Shown piece by piece: positions 9,625 through 19,462 of a stretch of 64,000 nt of DNA. The notes below the pieces were generated by a model, which made no database searches, was not told where the DNA came from, and worked only from the letters and a program-made list of their open reading frames with translations. This DNA is from Smithellaceae bacterium (GTDB lineage: Bacteria > Desulfobacterota > Syntrophia > Syntrophales > Smithellaceae). Numbering within the stretch: the first letter of the stretch is position 1; the number at the start of each line of letters is the position of its first letter. A program made the translations under genes and the position numbers. The stretch spans positions 2,624,001 through 2,688,000 of the forward strand of contig CAXXVL010000002.1 in the NCBI GenBank assembly GCA_963667845.2, read 5' to 3'.

Positions 9625-9768
9625 TCGGGATTTCATTATGACCCCCATAGAATCAATTTATTGTGATTTTCCGGAATACGGGTGAAGAGAAATAAGAGGT
9701 TGCGGAAAGTGCCGCACGCTTATCGGTAGTTCATGTACCTTAAATGCTTTAGGAAAAAAGGAGAATAA

Positions 9769-10632
9769 ATGAGTTGGGTTTCAATCGACAAAACGAAATG
9801 TAACAACTGCGGCCTCTGTGTTCTTCGCTGCCCCGGAGTTTACAGCAAAGTGGATGACAAAATCGTCGCGCAGGCGGATGCAAGCAACTGCATCGCCTGT
9901 GGGCATTGCATATCGTTGTGCACATCTCAGGCGATCGTCCACAGTGAAATGAACATGGAAAATTTCCCCGTCGCCGATGAGGAGGCCAACTTTGAGACGG
10001 GAAAATTTATTCAATTCATCCGGAGCCGGCGAAGCCACCGGCACTTTAAAAGTAAAGCGATCCCCCGCGCTGATCTGGAAACATTGATCGACGCGTGCCG
10101 CTATGCACCCACGGGCGGTAATGCCCAATCCATTGAGATCATCGTCCTGGAGAACCGTGAAAAGATAAAGAGACTTTCCGATTACACCATCGATTTCTTT
10201 ATCAATGCAGGAGATAAAGTCCCTCAGATCATCGAGCAGCTGGCCGCAGAAGGAAAAGAGCCACCCCAGAGCCTGGCCAGAATCCGGCAGTATGGGGAGA
10301 GATTCAAGCTGGCCAGGGAAGCGGGGAAAGATCCGATTTTCCATGAGGCCCCCGTCGTTATGATTTTTCATGCTCCGCCGGACCGGGGTGCACCCAAGGA
10401 CGATTGTGTCATCGCTTCCACAACCATGAGTCTGCTGGCCAGGACCATGGGCATTGAATCCACGTATATCGGTCTTCTTGTCGGTGCGGCGAGCGGCAAT
10501 CGGGAAATTCATTCCGAACTGCGGCTCCCGCCGGGAAACGAGATCTTATCCGCACTGGTCATGGGCTACCCACGGCTAAAGTATCAATATGCCGTCGATC
10601 GCAAACCGATCCAGGCACGATGGGAGCTATAA
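9769..10632 (+). CDS. Nitroreductase with N-terminal 4Fe-4S ferredoxin domain
   Basis: CNNCGLCVLRCP, CIACGHCISLC; RSRRSHRHF, YAPTGGNAQ, MGYP. Confidence 0.9.
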   Translation: MSWVSIDKTKCNNCGLCVLRCPGVYSKVDDKIVAQADASNCIACGHCISLCTSQAIVHSEMNMENFPVADEEANFETGKFIQFIRSRRSHRHFKSKAIPRADLETLIDACRYAPTGGNAQSIEIIVLENREKIKRLSDYTIDFFINAGDKVPQIIEQLAAEGKEPPQSLARIRQYGERFKLAREAGKDPIFHEAPVVMIFHAPPDRGAPKDDCVIASTTMSLLARTMGIESTYIGLLVGAASGNREIHSELRLPPGNEILSALVMGYPRLKYQYAVDRKPIQARWEL

Positions 10633-10719
10633 CATTGCGGAGATTTATAAACCTGTTCGAGTTATCGGCTTTGATGCCGCATTCGTATTGAAACAAACCA
10701 TCATAGGAGGAGATAAATC

Positions 10720-11721
10720 ATGAGTCAAAAAATGTTTAAGGCATTTGTCGCTGCAGAAGGCAAAGACAACACGTTTGTGCGGGAGATTAAGGAGCGGAGT
10801 CTTGATGACCTTCCGCAAGGTGATGTCCTCGTCCGGGTCAAGTATTCATCGATCAACTACAAGGATGTTCTTTCTTCTACCGGAAATCGGGGCGTCACCA
10901 AGAAGTATCCGCATACGCCGGGAATCGACGCTGCCGGTATCGTGGAAGAAAGCTCGAGCAGCGACTTTTCGGCAGGTGATGAAGTCATTGTCACCAGCTA
11001 TGATCTGGGGATGAACACCAGCGGAGGGTTCGGCCAGTATATCCGCGTGCCGGCTGACTGGGTCGTGAAGAAGCCCGCGAACCTCTCCCTGCGCGAGAGC
11101 ATGATTTTCGGCACGGCGGGATTTACAGCGGGCCTTTCCCTTTACAAGCTCTTTGGTTCCGGCATAAAGCCTGGCGATGGACCGGTGCTGGTTTCGGGCG
11201 CGACGGGCGGGGTCGGCAGCATTGCCGTTTCTATCCTCGCCAAACAAAAGTATGACGTGGCGGCGGTCAATGGCATCGTGGACGAAAAGGAATACCTCCT
11301 CAAACTCGGAGCAAAGACCGTGGTCAGCATCGCGGAAGCAACCGACACGAGCAACAGGCCGCTTCTGAAAGGGCTCTGGGCGGGCGGCATTGACACCCTG
11401 GGTGGTCCGATTCTGGCGACGACGCTCAAATCCATGCTGTACGGCGCTACCGTGACCTGCTGCGGGAATGCCGGTTCTCCCGATCTGCCCACAAACGTCT
11501 ATCCCTTCATCCTGAGGGGCGTAACCCTGATCGGCATTGATTCCCAGAATTGTCCCATGCCGACGCGCCGGAAAGTATGGGAGAAGATCGCCACGGAATG
11601 GAAACTGGATAATCTGGAGGCGTTGACAACGGAGATCTCTCTGGAAGGAGTGAATGATCGAATCCAGATGATTCTGCAGGAAAAGCACAAGGGGAGGACG
11701 CTGGTACGATTGCCGGATTAA
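10720..11721 (+). CDS. YhdH/AcuI-family MDR oxidoreductase (acryloyl-CoA reductase-like)
   Basis: YSSINYKD, PGIDAAG, GTAGFTA, GATGGVGS, PFILRGVTLIGIDS. Confidence 0.9.
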   Translation: MSQKMFKAFVAAEGKDNTFVREIKERSLDDLPQGDVLVRVKYSSINYKDVLSSTGNRGVTKKYPHTPGIDAAGIVEESSSSDFSAGDEVIVTSYDLGMNTSGGFGQYIRVPADWVVKKPANLSLRESMIFGTAGFTAGLSLYKLFGSGIKPGDGPVLVSGATGGVGSIAVSILAKQKYDVAAVNGIVDEKEYLLKLGAKTVVSIAEATDTSNRPLLKGLWAGGIDTLGGPILATTLKSMLYGATVTCCGNAGSPDLPTNVYPFILRGVTLIGIDSQNCPMPTRRKVWEKIATEWKLDNLEALTTEISLEGVNDRIQMILQEKHKGRTLVRLPD

Positions 11722-11882
11722 ACTTCGGTGAAATGCTGCCCTATTCGGATTGTCACCCTTGGGGCCCTGGGGGGAAAACGCGTTTTGGCCCAATGATCAC
11801 GATTAAATTGCCGGGTGGGATTCGATCCCGATGTTTCTTCATCGTGAGGATTTAAAAAGCAGGGATTGGGAAAGAAGCTAAA

Positions 11883-11929
11883 AATAAAAAAAAGGGTTTA
11901 AGCGTCTATCGCCTAAACCCTTTTTTATT
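11883..11929. terminator. Intrinsic terminator downstream of tRNA-Asn (likely bidirectional)
   Basis: AATAAAAAAAAGGGTTTAAGCG...CGCCTAAACCCTTTTTTATT hairpin. Confidence 0.85.
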
Positions 11930-11930
11930 C

Positions 11931-12006
11931 TGGCTCCCCAGCGCGGACTCGAACCACGGACATGCTGGTTAACAGCCAGCCGCTCTACCGACTGAGCTAC
12001 TGGGGA
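11931..12006 (-). tRNA. tRNA-Asn (GTT)
   Basis: Minus strand TCCCCAGTAGCTCAGTCGGTAGAGC...CTGTTAA...GGTTCGAGTCC...GGGGAGCCA; 76 nt cloverleaf with CCA. Confidence 0.97.
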
Positions 12007-12186
12007 ACATGTATCTATTCGGTAACGTTTTGAATCTTTTCCTTTGAATGCATCGGGAAAAAATTCAGCGGCTACATAATACAAGTCTTGACGGATGTCA
12101 ACAAATTCAATTAAATATTTGATACTCGTGTGCCGTAAGTTTTGCGGAGAGCTGAACGTTTGGAAAAAGATTATCCAAAACAAAGA

Positions 12187-12296
12187 TTTGAACCCCACTG
12201 ACGCGGGACGAGTGTTAATTCTCCTGTCGCTTGCTGCGAAATAATGACGGTCATTTCATGCCTCGACAGCTTGCTGCGAGATTGTTGATTTGCCAT
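12187..12296 (-). repeat. ~108-bp dispersed intergenic element, copy 2
   Basis: Reverse complement aligns with 5358-5465. Confidence 0.85.
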
Positions 12297-12362
12297 TCAT
12301 CATTATCTTGCCTCAAATTCCGGGATACGATATAAACGCCCATCACTGATATTGGACACCGA

Positions 12363-13496
12363 ATGAAAAAGCGATACAGCAGTCAGCAAAAACTGAAAAA
12401 AAACGTATTAGAACAAAACCTTTGCACCGGTTGCGGAGCCTGCGTCAATCTGTGCCCTTACCAGGTCGTCCACGCCGACCGGACGGTGCAGCTTTTTGAC
12501 TGCGATCTTACGGACGGCAAATGTTACACGTTTTGTCCCCGGACGTCCGCTGACCATAAAAAAATCAGGGAAAGTCTTTTTGACATCAATGATTTGACGC
12601 CGGAAATCGGCGCCGTCAAAGGATATTACTTGTCCAGAGCCGCCGATTCTCAATTGCGGGCAAGGACCCAGCACGGCGGAACGGTTACGGCCCTTCTGGA
12701 GACGGCAATGGCCGAAGGATTAATCAACTCGGCAATCGTGGCTTCATTGGGCGAGGCCCTGGAGCAGGAGGGCAGGCTCGTCGAAAATCCGGCTGACCTG
12801 CGCGACCGGGCCAAAAGCAGATTTACCGTATCGCCGACCATCGCCGCTTTCAATCGCCTGCCGGAGGGCAGTGCCGGCAAAGTAGGCGTTGTGGGAACGC
12901 CCTGCCAGGCGCTGGCTCTGGCAAAGATGAGAACGGCGAACATTTCCGGCTACACCAAAATCGAGTCGCTTGGTCTGGTCATCGGCCTTTTCTGCGGTTG
13001 GACGCTCGCCCGGGAAAAATTTCAGGCTCTCCTTAACAAGTATCAAATACGTGTCGAAGCGCTCTGCGGGATGGATATTCCCGCCGGGAAGAATATTCTG
13101 GAGCTGTACACGGATTCGGCTGTAACAGCCGTACCGATGACGGAAGTGGATGCCTGCTTGCGAACAGCCTGCCGGTATTGCGTGGACAGTACGGCCGAAT
13201 TTGCCGATCTTTCTGTCGGGGCGGCACGGTTTGGCGAGGACGTGAAAGAGATGCGCGGCTGGAATCAGATCATCGTGCGTAGCGTTCGGGGCAGGAATTT
13301 GCTGGATCTGGCTCTGAAAAGAGGAATTCTGGAGATTCGCGAAGCGCCGGCGGCGGCGCTCGCGGAATTAAAGAAGGCTGCGGCGGATAAGAAAAGAAAG
13401 GCGCTTACGAACATTGTGGGAAAAAGCCGGTCAGCGAAGAATTTATTATATCTTAAAGGCGATGATCCGGCGGTTAAGAAATATTTAAAGATATAG
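12363..13496 (+). CDS. F420 hydrogenase/dehydrogenase beta-subunit (FrhB/FdhB) family protein
   Basis: CTGCGACVNLCP, QHGGTVTALL, VGTPCQ, IGLFC, CRYCVD...ADLSVG. Confidence 0.88.
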   Translation: MKKRYSSQQKLKKNVLEQNLCTGCGACVNLCPYQVVHADRTVQLFDCDLTDGKCYTFCPRTSADHKKIRESLFDINDLTPEIGAVKGYYLSRAADSQLRARTQHGGTVTALLETAMAEGLINSAIVASLGEALEQEGRLVENPADLRDRAKSRFTVSPTIAAFNRLPEGSAGKVGVVGTPCQALALAKMRTANISGYTKIESLGLVIGLFCGWTLAREKFQALLNKYQIRVEALCGMDIPAGKNILELYTDSAVTAVPMTEVDACLRTACRYCVDSTAEFADLSVGAARFGEDVKEMRGWNQIIVRSVRGRNLLDLALKRGILEIREAPAAALAELKKAAADKKRKALTNIVGKSRSAKNLLYLKGDDPAVKKYLKI

Positions 13497-13576
13497 ATGA
13501 GCGATCTTGCCACCTTCCTGGCGGCCGTGAGCGTTTTTTGCAATTCATGGCGCAGCGGAAGAAAAGAATTGGATTT

Positions 13577-15529
13577 ATGAATAAATTATTATCACCGGCC
13601 AAATCGAAAGTTTTATTCCTGGGCAATGAAGCGATTGCGCGGGGCGCTCTGGAAGCGGGCATTCAGGTTGCCACGGGGTATCCGGGAACGCCGTCTTCCG
13701 AAGTCATCGAATCGCTGGCCGCCGTCGCCGGCGAAAGAAATTTGTATGTGGAATGGTCGGTCAATGAAAAAGTTGCCCTGGAAGTGGCGGCGGCCGCATC
13801 CTTTGCCGGTTTGCGGTCGATGGCCGTGATGAAGCAAAACGGTGTCAACGTCGCTTCGGATTTCCTGCTGCACCTGACGGCGTCGGGGACGCGCGGCGGG
13901 CTGGTTCTGGTGTCCTGTGAAGATCCGGGCGCGCTCTCCAGCGTCAATGAAGGTGAATCGCGCTATTTCGCAAGAATGCTGGAAATGCCGCTTCTGGAAC
14001 CCGCGGATTTTCAGGAAGCAAAGGATTTGACACGCTGGGCGTTCGAATTGTCCGAGCAAATCGGCAATGTCGTCATGCTGCGCTCCGTGACGCGCATGTC
14101 GCATGCCAGCGGCAATGTGATCTGCGGCAAGCTGCCGACAAAGTCCCGCCGGCCGCATTTTGAATACGGCGGGTCGGCGATGGATTCGAGCTGCGGCCCG
14201 ATGATCAGCACACCGGTTGTGGCCAAGCATCTGCTGCATCAGCAAAAGCTCAAAGAGGTTGAATCGCTGTTCGAGAAAAGTCCTTTCAACCGTTATGCCG
14301 GCGCCGCGAAACCGGAACTGCTCATCATCACGAGCAGTGCATGTTTCCTTTATGCGGAGGAAGCCGTCGCAATGCTCGGCGTGCAAAAGCGGGTGGGGAT
14401 TCTGAAGCTTTCGACAACCTGGCCTCTGCCGCCTGAAATGCTGGAAAAGAGCCTCCGCAGAACAAACAAGATTTTGATCGTCGAAGAAGTGATGCCGTTT
14501 CTTGAAGAAAACGTGAAAGTTCTGGCCGCGGGACTCGCGGGCCGGACCGGCGTCAAAACATTTTTCGGCAAATACGATGGAACACTGCCTTCGGCAGGCG
14601 AACTCAATCCCGATATTGTCGCCGATGCGCTGGGAAGAATTTTGAAGGTCAAACGCAAGTCTGTTCCTGCGCCTTATGCTGCGGAAGCGAAGAAAGCTGC
14701 GGCGCTGGTTCCGGTCCGCGAGCAGACGTTTTGCGCGGGCTGTCCGCACCGGGCGTCCTTCTGGAACATTCACAACGCCATTGCGCGAGATGGCCGCCAG
14801 GGGTTTGTCTGCGGCGATATCGGCTGCTATTCGATGGCGGCGCTCTCGCCCGCGACCGGCTATCACACGATGCCCACGCTGCATTCGATGGGGTCCGGTA
14901 CGGGCCTGGCGAGCGGGTTTGCGAAGCTCGCAAAATTCGGCTTCGATAAACCGATTCTGACGGTCTGCGGCGACTCCACATTCTATCACGCCGTTATCCC
15001 GGCGCTGATCAACGCCCAGCACCACCTGGCGGATATTACCTTTATTGTGCTCGACAATGCGGGAACGGCGATGACCGGTTTTCAGCCGCATCCGGGCCTG
15101 GAAGTGAGCGCACTTCGGGAAATCGTTCCGGCAATCGAGATTGCGGCTATCTGCAAGGCCATCGGGGCAAAGGTGGCGGTTGCCGATCCGTTCGATCTTA
15201 AAGCCACCGGCAGAATTCTCACGGATTTTCTGGCGGACAAGGGGTCGGTCAATGTGCTCATCCTGCGCCAGTCCTGCGCGCTCAGCCCGGAGAAAAAAGG
15301 AAAGAAAACGTTTGATGTGAAAGTGAACGAGACTTTATGTCTGGGCGACGCCTGCGGCTGCAATCGGTTATGCACCAGAATTTTCCGCTGCCCCGCCCTG
15401 ACCTGGGATCGGATCAAAAAGAAAGCGGTGGTCGATGAGGTGATCTGTGCCGGATGCGGCGTTTGCACGTCCATCTGCCCCCAGCAGGCGATCGTCAAGA
15501 CGCAGGAAATGAAAAAGAATGAGAACTAA
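13577..15529 (+). CDS. iorA: Indolepyruvate:ferredoxin oxidoreductase alpha subunit (start could also be 13547)
   Basis: LGNEAIARGA, GYPGTPSSE, NEKVALE, FCAGCPH, GDIGCY, GDSTFYH, C-terminal ferredoxin. Confidence 0.92.
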   Translation: MNKLLSPAKSKVLFLGNEAIARGALEAGIQVATGYPGTPSSEVIESLAAVAGERNLYVEWSVNEKVALEVAAAASFAGLRSMAVMKQNGVNVASDFLLHLTASGTRGGLVLVSCEDPGALSSVNEGESRYFARMLEMPLLEPADFQEAKDLTRWAFELSEQIGNVVMLRSVTRMSHASGNVICGKLPTKSRRPHFEYGGSAMDSSCGPMISTPVVAKHLLHQQKLKEVESLFEKSPFNRYAGAAKPELLIITSSACFLYAEEAVAMLGVQKRVGILKLSTTWPLPPEMLEKSLRRTNKILIVEEVMPFLEENVKVLAAGLAGRTGVKTFFGKYDGTLPSAGELNPDIVADALGRILKVKRKSVPAPYAAEAKKAAALVPVREQTFCAGCPHRASFWNIHNAIARDGRQGFVCGDIGCYSMAALSPATGYHTMPTLHSMGSGTGLASGFAKLAKFGFDKPILTVCGDSTFYHAVIPALINAQHHLADITFIVLDNAGTAMTGFQPHPGLEVSALREIVPAIEIAAICKAIGAKVAVADPFDLKATGRILTDFLADKGSVNVLILRQSCALSPEKKGKKTFDVKVNETLCLGDACGCNRLCTRIFRCPALTWDRIKKKAVVDEVICAGCGVCTSICPQQAIVKTQEMKKNEN

Positions 15530-16133
15530 AACTCAGAAAGTTACAAAAAACCTGATCCTGACGGGCGTCGGGGGGCAGGGGAATGTCCTGGCCTCCAGAA
15601 CCCTGGCAGGCATGCTGGTGGACGCGGGATACGTTGTAACGATCGGCGAAACATTCGGCATGTCGCAGAGAGGCGGGTCGGTGATGAGTCATCTGCGCAT
15701 CTCGCCCGACTCGGTGAGAAGTCCGCAGATTCCGCGAGGCGGGGCGGATGTGATCGTCGCCCTGGAGCCGCTCGAAGCCCTGCGCGTGTTGACCGTTTAC
15801 GGCAATCCGCAGGTTTGTGTTTTGTCGAATTCACGGCCTGTTTATCCCATTGGCGTCATTACCGGCGAACTTGCTTATCCGTCCGATGAGGCCATCCGGT
15901 CGTCGTTTGAACGACTGTCGGCGTCGTTCTGGATGATTGATGCGACAGCGGTCGGTCTTGACCTGGGCAACCCCGTTTTAAGCAATATCGTCATGATCGG
16001 AGCCCTGGCTAAAACAGGACTTCTCCCTTTTGACCGCGGGATGTTTGAAAGAGAAATAAGAAAGACGATGCCGGCCCAGAAATGCGCCGTAAATCTGACA
16101 GCTTTTGATGCCGGTGCCGGCATGATCAAATAA
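15519..16133 (+). CDS. iorB: Indolepyruvate:ferredoxin oxidoreductase beta subunit
   Basis: GVGGQGNVL, GMSQRGGSV, LEPLEALR; overlaps iorA stop. Confidence 0.92.
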   Translation: MRTKTQKVTKNLILTGVGGQGNVLASRTLAGMLVDAGYVVTIGETFGMSQRGGSVMSHLRISPDSVRSPQIPRGGADVIVALEPLEALRVLTVYGNPQVCVLSNSRPVYPIGVITGELAYPSDEAIRSSFERLSASFWMIDATAVGLDLGNPVLSNIVMIGALAKTGLLPFDRGMFEREIRKTMPAQKCAVNLTAFDAGAGMIK

Positions 16134-16198
16134 TGGTTGACGGCATATCATTGAAGCTTATATTACATTCCCGATAACTTTACTTAAGGTGCTTAACC

Positions 16199-17407
16199 AT
16201 GACGAACATCTATTCTGCAGTCAAAGTCAGTGATCATGTCTACTGGGTGGGAGCCATCGACTGGTCCATCCGCGATTTCCACGGTTACACCACGCCGCAC
16301 GGCAGCACTTATAACGCCTACCTGGTGATGGCGGACAAGGTCACGCTCATCGATTCCGTCAAAGCGCCGTTCATGCAGGAAATGCTGGCGCGGATTGCCT
16401 CGGTGATCGATCCGGCAAAAATTGACTATATTGTTTCCAACCACTCCGAACAGGATCATTCCGGCTGCCTGCATGAGGTGATTGACCGGGTGAAGCCGGA
16501 AAAAGTATTTGCATCAGCGATGGGCGTCAAAACGTTGAAAGACATTTTTCACGGGAACTGCGATATCCGGCCGGTCAAGGATGGCGAAAAATTATCGCTG
16601 GGCAATATGGATCTGCAGTTCATGGAAACCCGGATGATTCATTGGCCGGATTCGATGTTTTCGTATCTGGATAAGGACGGTGTCCTTTTCTCGCAGGATG
16701 CTTTCGGCATGCACCTCGCAACATTTGAGCGGTTTGCCGATGAACTGCCGCCGGACGAACTCGAATATGAAGCGGCGACCTATTATGCCAATATCGTTTT
16801 GCCGTACTCGCCGGTCGTTTTGAAAACACTGGAGAGAGTTTCCGCGACCGGCTGGGCCGTCAAGATGTTCGCGCCGGACCACGGCCCGATTTGGCGAAAA
16901 GATCTGAATGTGATTGTTAATCTATACAAGAGGTGGGCGAGTCAGAAGCCCGGCAACAAAGCGGTTGTTGTTTACGCGACGATGTGGCACTCCACCGAAA
17001 TGATGGCCAAGGCCATCGCTGAAGCGCTGGCTGCCTCGGGACTTCGGGTGCGACTTCTCTCCATGAATGATGTGCACCGCAGTGAAGTCGTCTATGAAGT
17101 TCTGGAGGCGGGGGCATTGATTGTCGGGTCACCGACGCTCAACAACAATATCCTGCCGCAGATGGCGGATGTGATGACTTATCTCAAGGGCCTGAAGCCC
17201 GCCAATCTGATCGGTGCGGCTTTCGGTTCCTTCGGCTGGAGCGGTGAATCGGTCAAGGATCTGGAGGCGATGCTCAAAGAAATGAAAGTAGAAATCGTCG
17301 CTGACCCGGTTTCCGCAAAGCATGTGCCGGGAGAAGATATTCTGGAAAGATGCGCCCATATGGGCAGAGCAATTGCGGCGGAATTAAAGAAAAGAATTTC
17401 TCATTAG
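16199..17407 (+). CDS. fprA: Flavodiiron protein (FprA, type A flavoprotein)
   Basis: GSTYNAYL, NHSEQDHSG, HWPDSM, SQDAFG, APDHG, flavodoxin domain with FGSFGWSGE. Confidence 0.95.
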   Translation: MTNIYSAVKVSDHVYWVGAIDWSIRDFHGYTTPHGSTYNAYLVMADKVTLIDSVKAPFMQEMLARIASVIDPAKIDYIVSNHSEQDHSGCLHEVIDRVKPEKVFASAMGVKTLKDIFHGNCDIRPVKDGEKLSLGNMDLQFMETRMIHWPDSMFSYLDKDGVLFSQDAFGMHLATFERFADELPPDELEYEAATYYANIVLPYSPVVLKTLERVSATGWAVKMFAPDHGPIWRKDLNVIVNLYKRWASQKPGNKAVVVYATMWHSTEMMAKAIAEALAASGLRVRLLSMNDVHRSEVVYEVLEAGALIVGSPTLNNNILPQMADVMTYLKGLKPANLIGAAFGSFGWSGESVKDLEAMLKEMKVEIVADPVSAKHVPGEDILERCAHMGRAIAAELKKRISH

Positions 17408-17436
17408 AATGATCTCGGGTTTCAAGGAGGCGAAAA

Positions 17437-17595
17437 ATGAAAAAGTATGTGTGTGGTGTGTGCGGTTATGAATATGATCCGGCCAAAGGCGATCCGGAAA
17501 ACGGCGTACCCAAAGGAACCGAATTTAAAGACTTGCCGGAAGACTGGTGCTGTCCTGTTTGCGGCGCGGATAAGAGTGAGTTTGCACCGGCCTGA
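17437..17595 (+). CDS. Rubredoxin (52 aa; absent from the ORF track)
   Basis: Hand translation [62 protein letters not shown]. Confidence 0.97.
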   Translation: MKKYVCGVCGYEYDPAKGDPENGVPKGTEFKDLPEDWCCPVCGADKSEFAPA

Positions 17596-17621
17596 CAGGA
17601 CCGACCCAGAGGAGCAAATCT

Positions 17622-18122
17622 ATGGATGATAAAATTCGTGAAGCCCTCCGGCAGGCTTACGCAGGCGAAGCGAAGGCTGCATTAAGGCTTAAATTATTTG
17701 CGGAGAAGGCAGACGAGGAAGGCTATAAACAAATCGCACATCTTTTTCGTGTGATTGCTTTTTCAGAGGAGATTCACGGCAAACGGGCGCTCCGTGTCCT
17801 CAGGGAGATCAAAACGACGGAAGAGAATCTGGCCGAGAGTTTTGAATCGGAAAAAACCGTTGCGGAAATTGCCTATGATCGTTTTGTGAAGATGGCCGAA
17901 GAGGCCGGCGACAAACCGGCGCTTCTGCATTTCAGCCAGAGCCGCGACGTGGAAGACACGCACGCCAAACTCTATAAACAGGCGATGAATGACTTTATGG
18001 AAGAACGCGAAACAGTTTACCATGTTTGCAAAGTGTGCGGCTACGTGGCGGACGGCGTCCTGCCGGATGAATGTCCTGTTTGCGGGGCGAAGAAGGAACA
18101 GTTTACGACTTTTGACAAGTAA
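17622..18122 (+). CDS. Rubrerythrin family protein
   Basis: AYAGEA, EEIH and EDTH diiron motifs, CKVCGY...CPVCGA. Confidence 0.92.
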   Translation: MDDKIREALRQAYAGEAKAALRLKLFAEKADEEGYKQIAHLFRVIAFSEEIHGKRALRVLREIKTTEENLAESFESEKTVAEIAYDRFVKMAEEAGDKPALLHFSQSRDVEDTHAKLYKQAMNDFMEERETVYHVCKVCGYVADGVLPDECPVCGAKKEQFTTFDK

Positions 18123-18155
18123 GAGAGTGTTGTCCGGACGATAAACAAAAAAAGG

Positions 18156-19016
18156 ATGGAGCAAATGATGGTCGCTCACCGAATAGTTTTTCTGATGGTG
18201 CTTGTTGCCTTTCTGGCCTGGCCGTTCAAGTCTTCGGCCGCAGAAAGACCGTTGTGGGAATTGGGAATCGGCGGAGGGTTTCTGATGATGCCGGATTACC
18301 GGGGTTCCGATAAGACCCGGCCCTATGTGCTGCCGTTTCCTTACGCCATTTACCGCGGCGGAGTTTTCCGAGTGGAGGATAAACGGATTGCGGCGCGCAT
18401 TTTTGCCACAGACCGGGTCACGCTGGACGCAAGCGGCTACGGCGCGGTTCCTGTGCGCAGCGACGATAATGATGCGCGCCGGGGAATGCCGGATCTTGAT
18501 CCCACCTTTGAGTTCGGGCCGGCGCTGCGCATCAAAGTGCTGGATTCGCAGGAATACAAATATCGTGTGACGGTCGCGCTGCCGGTCAGAGCTGTTTTTT
18601 CCACAGATTTTCATACCGTGCGTTACGAGGGATTCGTGTTTTCCCCCCGATTGAACTTCGAAAAAGGCGACGTGATTCCCGGGACGGGACTGTACCTGGG
18701 CGTTTCAGCGGGTCCCATGTTTGCCGACCGCGGCTACCATGAATATTTCTATACGGTTGATCCGGCATACGCCACGGCATCGCGTCCGGCCTATGCGGCC
18801 GGCGGAGGCTACAGCGGCTCGACGCTGACAGTCGGCCTGGGAAAGAGATACAGACAATTTATATTCAATGCGTTTGTCAGCGCTGATTTTTTGCAGGGCG
18901 CCGTCTTTGAGCCGAGCCCGCTGGTGAAGACGGATACGTCATGGATGGGCGGATTCAGCATCACCTGGGTTTTCCTGCAATCAAAACAAATGGTCGAAGA
19001 TAAAAGTCCATATTAA
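18156..19016 (+). CDS. MipA/OmpV family outer-membrane protein
   Basis: Signal peptide; PLWELGIG, PDYRGSD, RRGMPDLD, beta-strand pattern, SPLVK. Confidence 0.85.
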   Translation: MEQMMVAHRIVFLMVLVAFLAWPFKSSAAERPLWELGIGGGFLMMPDYRGSDKTRPYVLPFPYAIYRGGVFRVEDKRIAARIFATDRVTLDASGYGAVPVRSDDNDARRGMPDLDPTFEFGPALRIKVLDSQEYKYRVTVALPVRAVFSTDFHTVRYEGFVFSPRLNFEKGDVIPGTGLYLGVSAGPMFADRGYHEYFYTVDPAYATASRPAYAAGGGYSGSTLTVGLGKRYRQFIFNAFVSADFLQGAVFEPSPLVKTDTSWMGGFSITWVFLQSKQMVEDKSPY

Positions 19017-19021
19017 GCATT

Positions 19022-19462
19022 ATGCCGTTTGCTGAAAAAGGGAAATTGATGATCATTATTATCACGCGGTGGCTCGTCATTACCGTGGCCATTCTGCTTG
19101 CCTCCATGATGGTTTCCGGTATCCGCGTAGAATCTCTGACGACAGCCGTTCTTGCCGCCGCGATTCTGGGGGTCATCAACGTTTTTTTGCGGCCGGTTTT
19201 ATTGATCCTTACCCTGCCCCTGACGATTTTGACGCTGGGCGTTTTCGCATTTGTGCTCAATGCTCTGATGCTGCTGCTCGTCGCATATTTTGTTCCGGGA
19301 TTTGAAGTCGACGGTTTCTTCTCGGCGTTTCTGGGTGCGCTGATCATCAGCATTGTCAGCTGGATTGCCAACCGCTTTATCAAAACACCCGACGGGAAAG
19401 ACAATCGCCGCAAGCCGGATTTCATCGATCTGGAGCGGGGGGATGACGGGAAATGGCGCTAG
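19022..19462 (+). CDS. YvlD/phage-holin superfamily IV membrane protein
   Basis: AAAILGVINVFLRPVL..LTLPLTILTLG.FAFVLNA, GFEVDGF. Confidence 0.88.
   Translation: MPFAEKGKLMIIIITRWLVITVAILLASMMVSGIRVESLTTAVLAAAILGVINVFLRPVLLILTLPLTILTLGVFAFVLNALMLLLVAYFVPGFEVDGFFSAFLGALIISIVSWIANRFIKTPDGKDNRRKPDFIDLERGDDGKWR

Noticed and set aside
11931..12006. tRNA-Asn as an integration site
   Set aside because: No integrase or duplicated tRNA 3' end seen; flanks are metabolic genes
11878..12198. 106-aa minus-strand ORF
   Set aside because: Overlaps tRNA-Asn and its terminator; spurious
19022..19462. Prophage suggested by a holin-family gene
   Set aside because: YvlD-type genes are common chromosomal genes; no phage genes nearby
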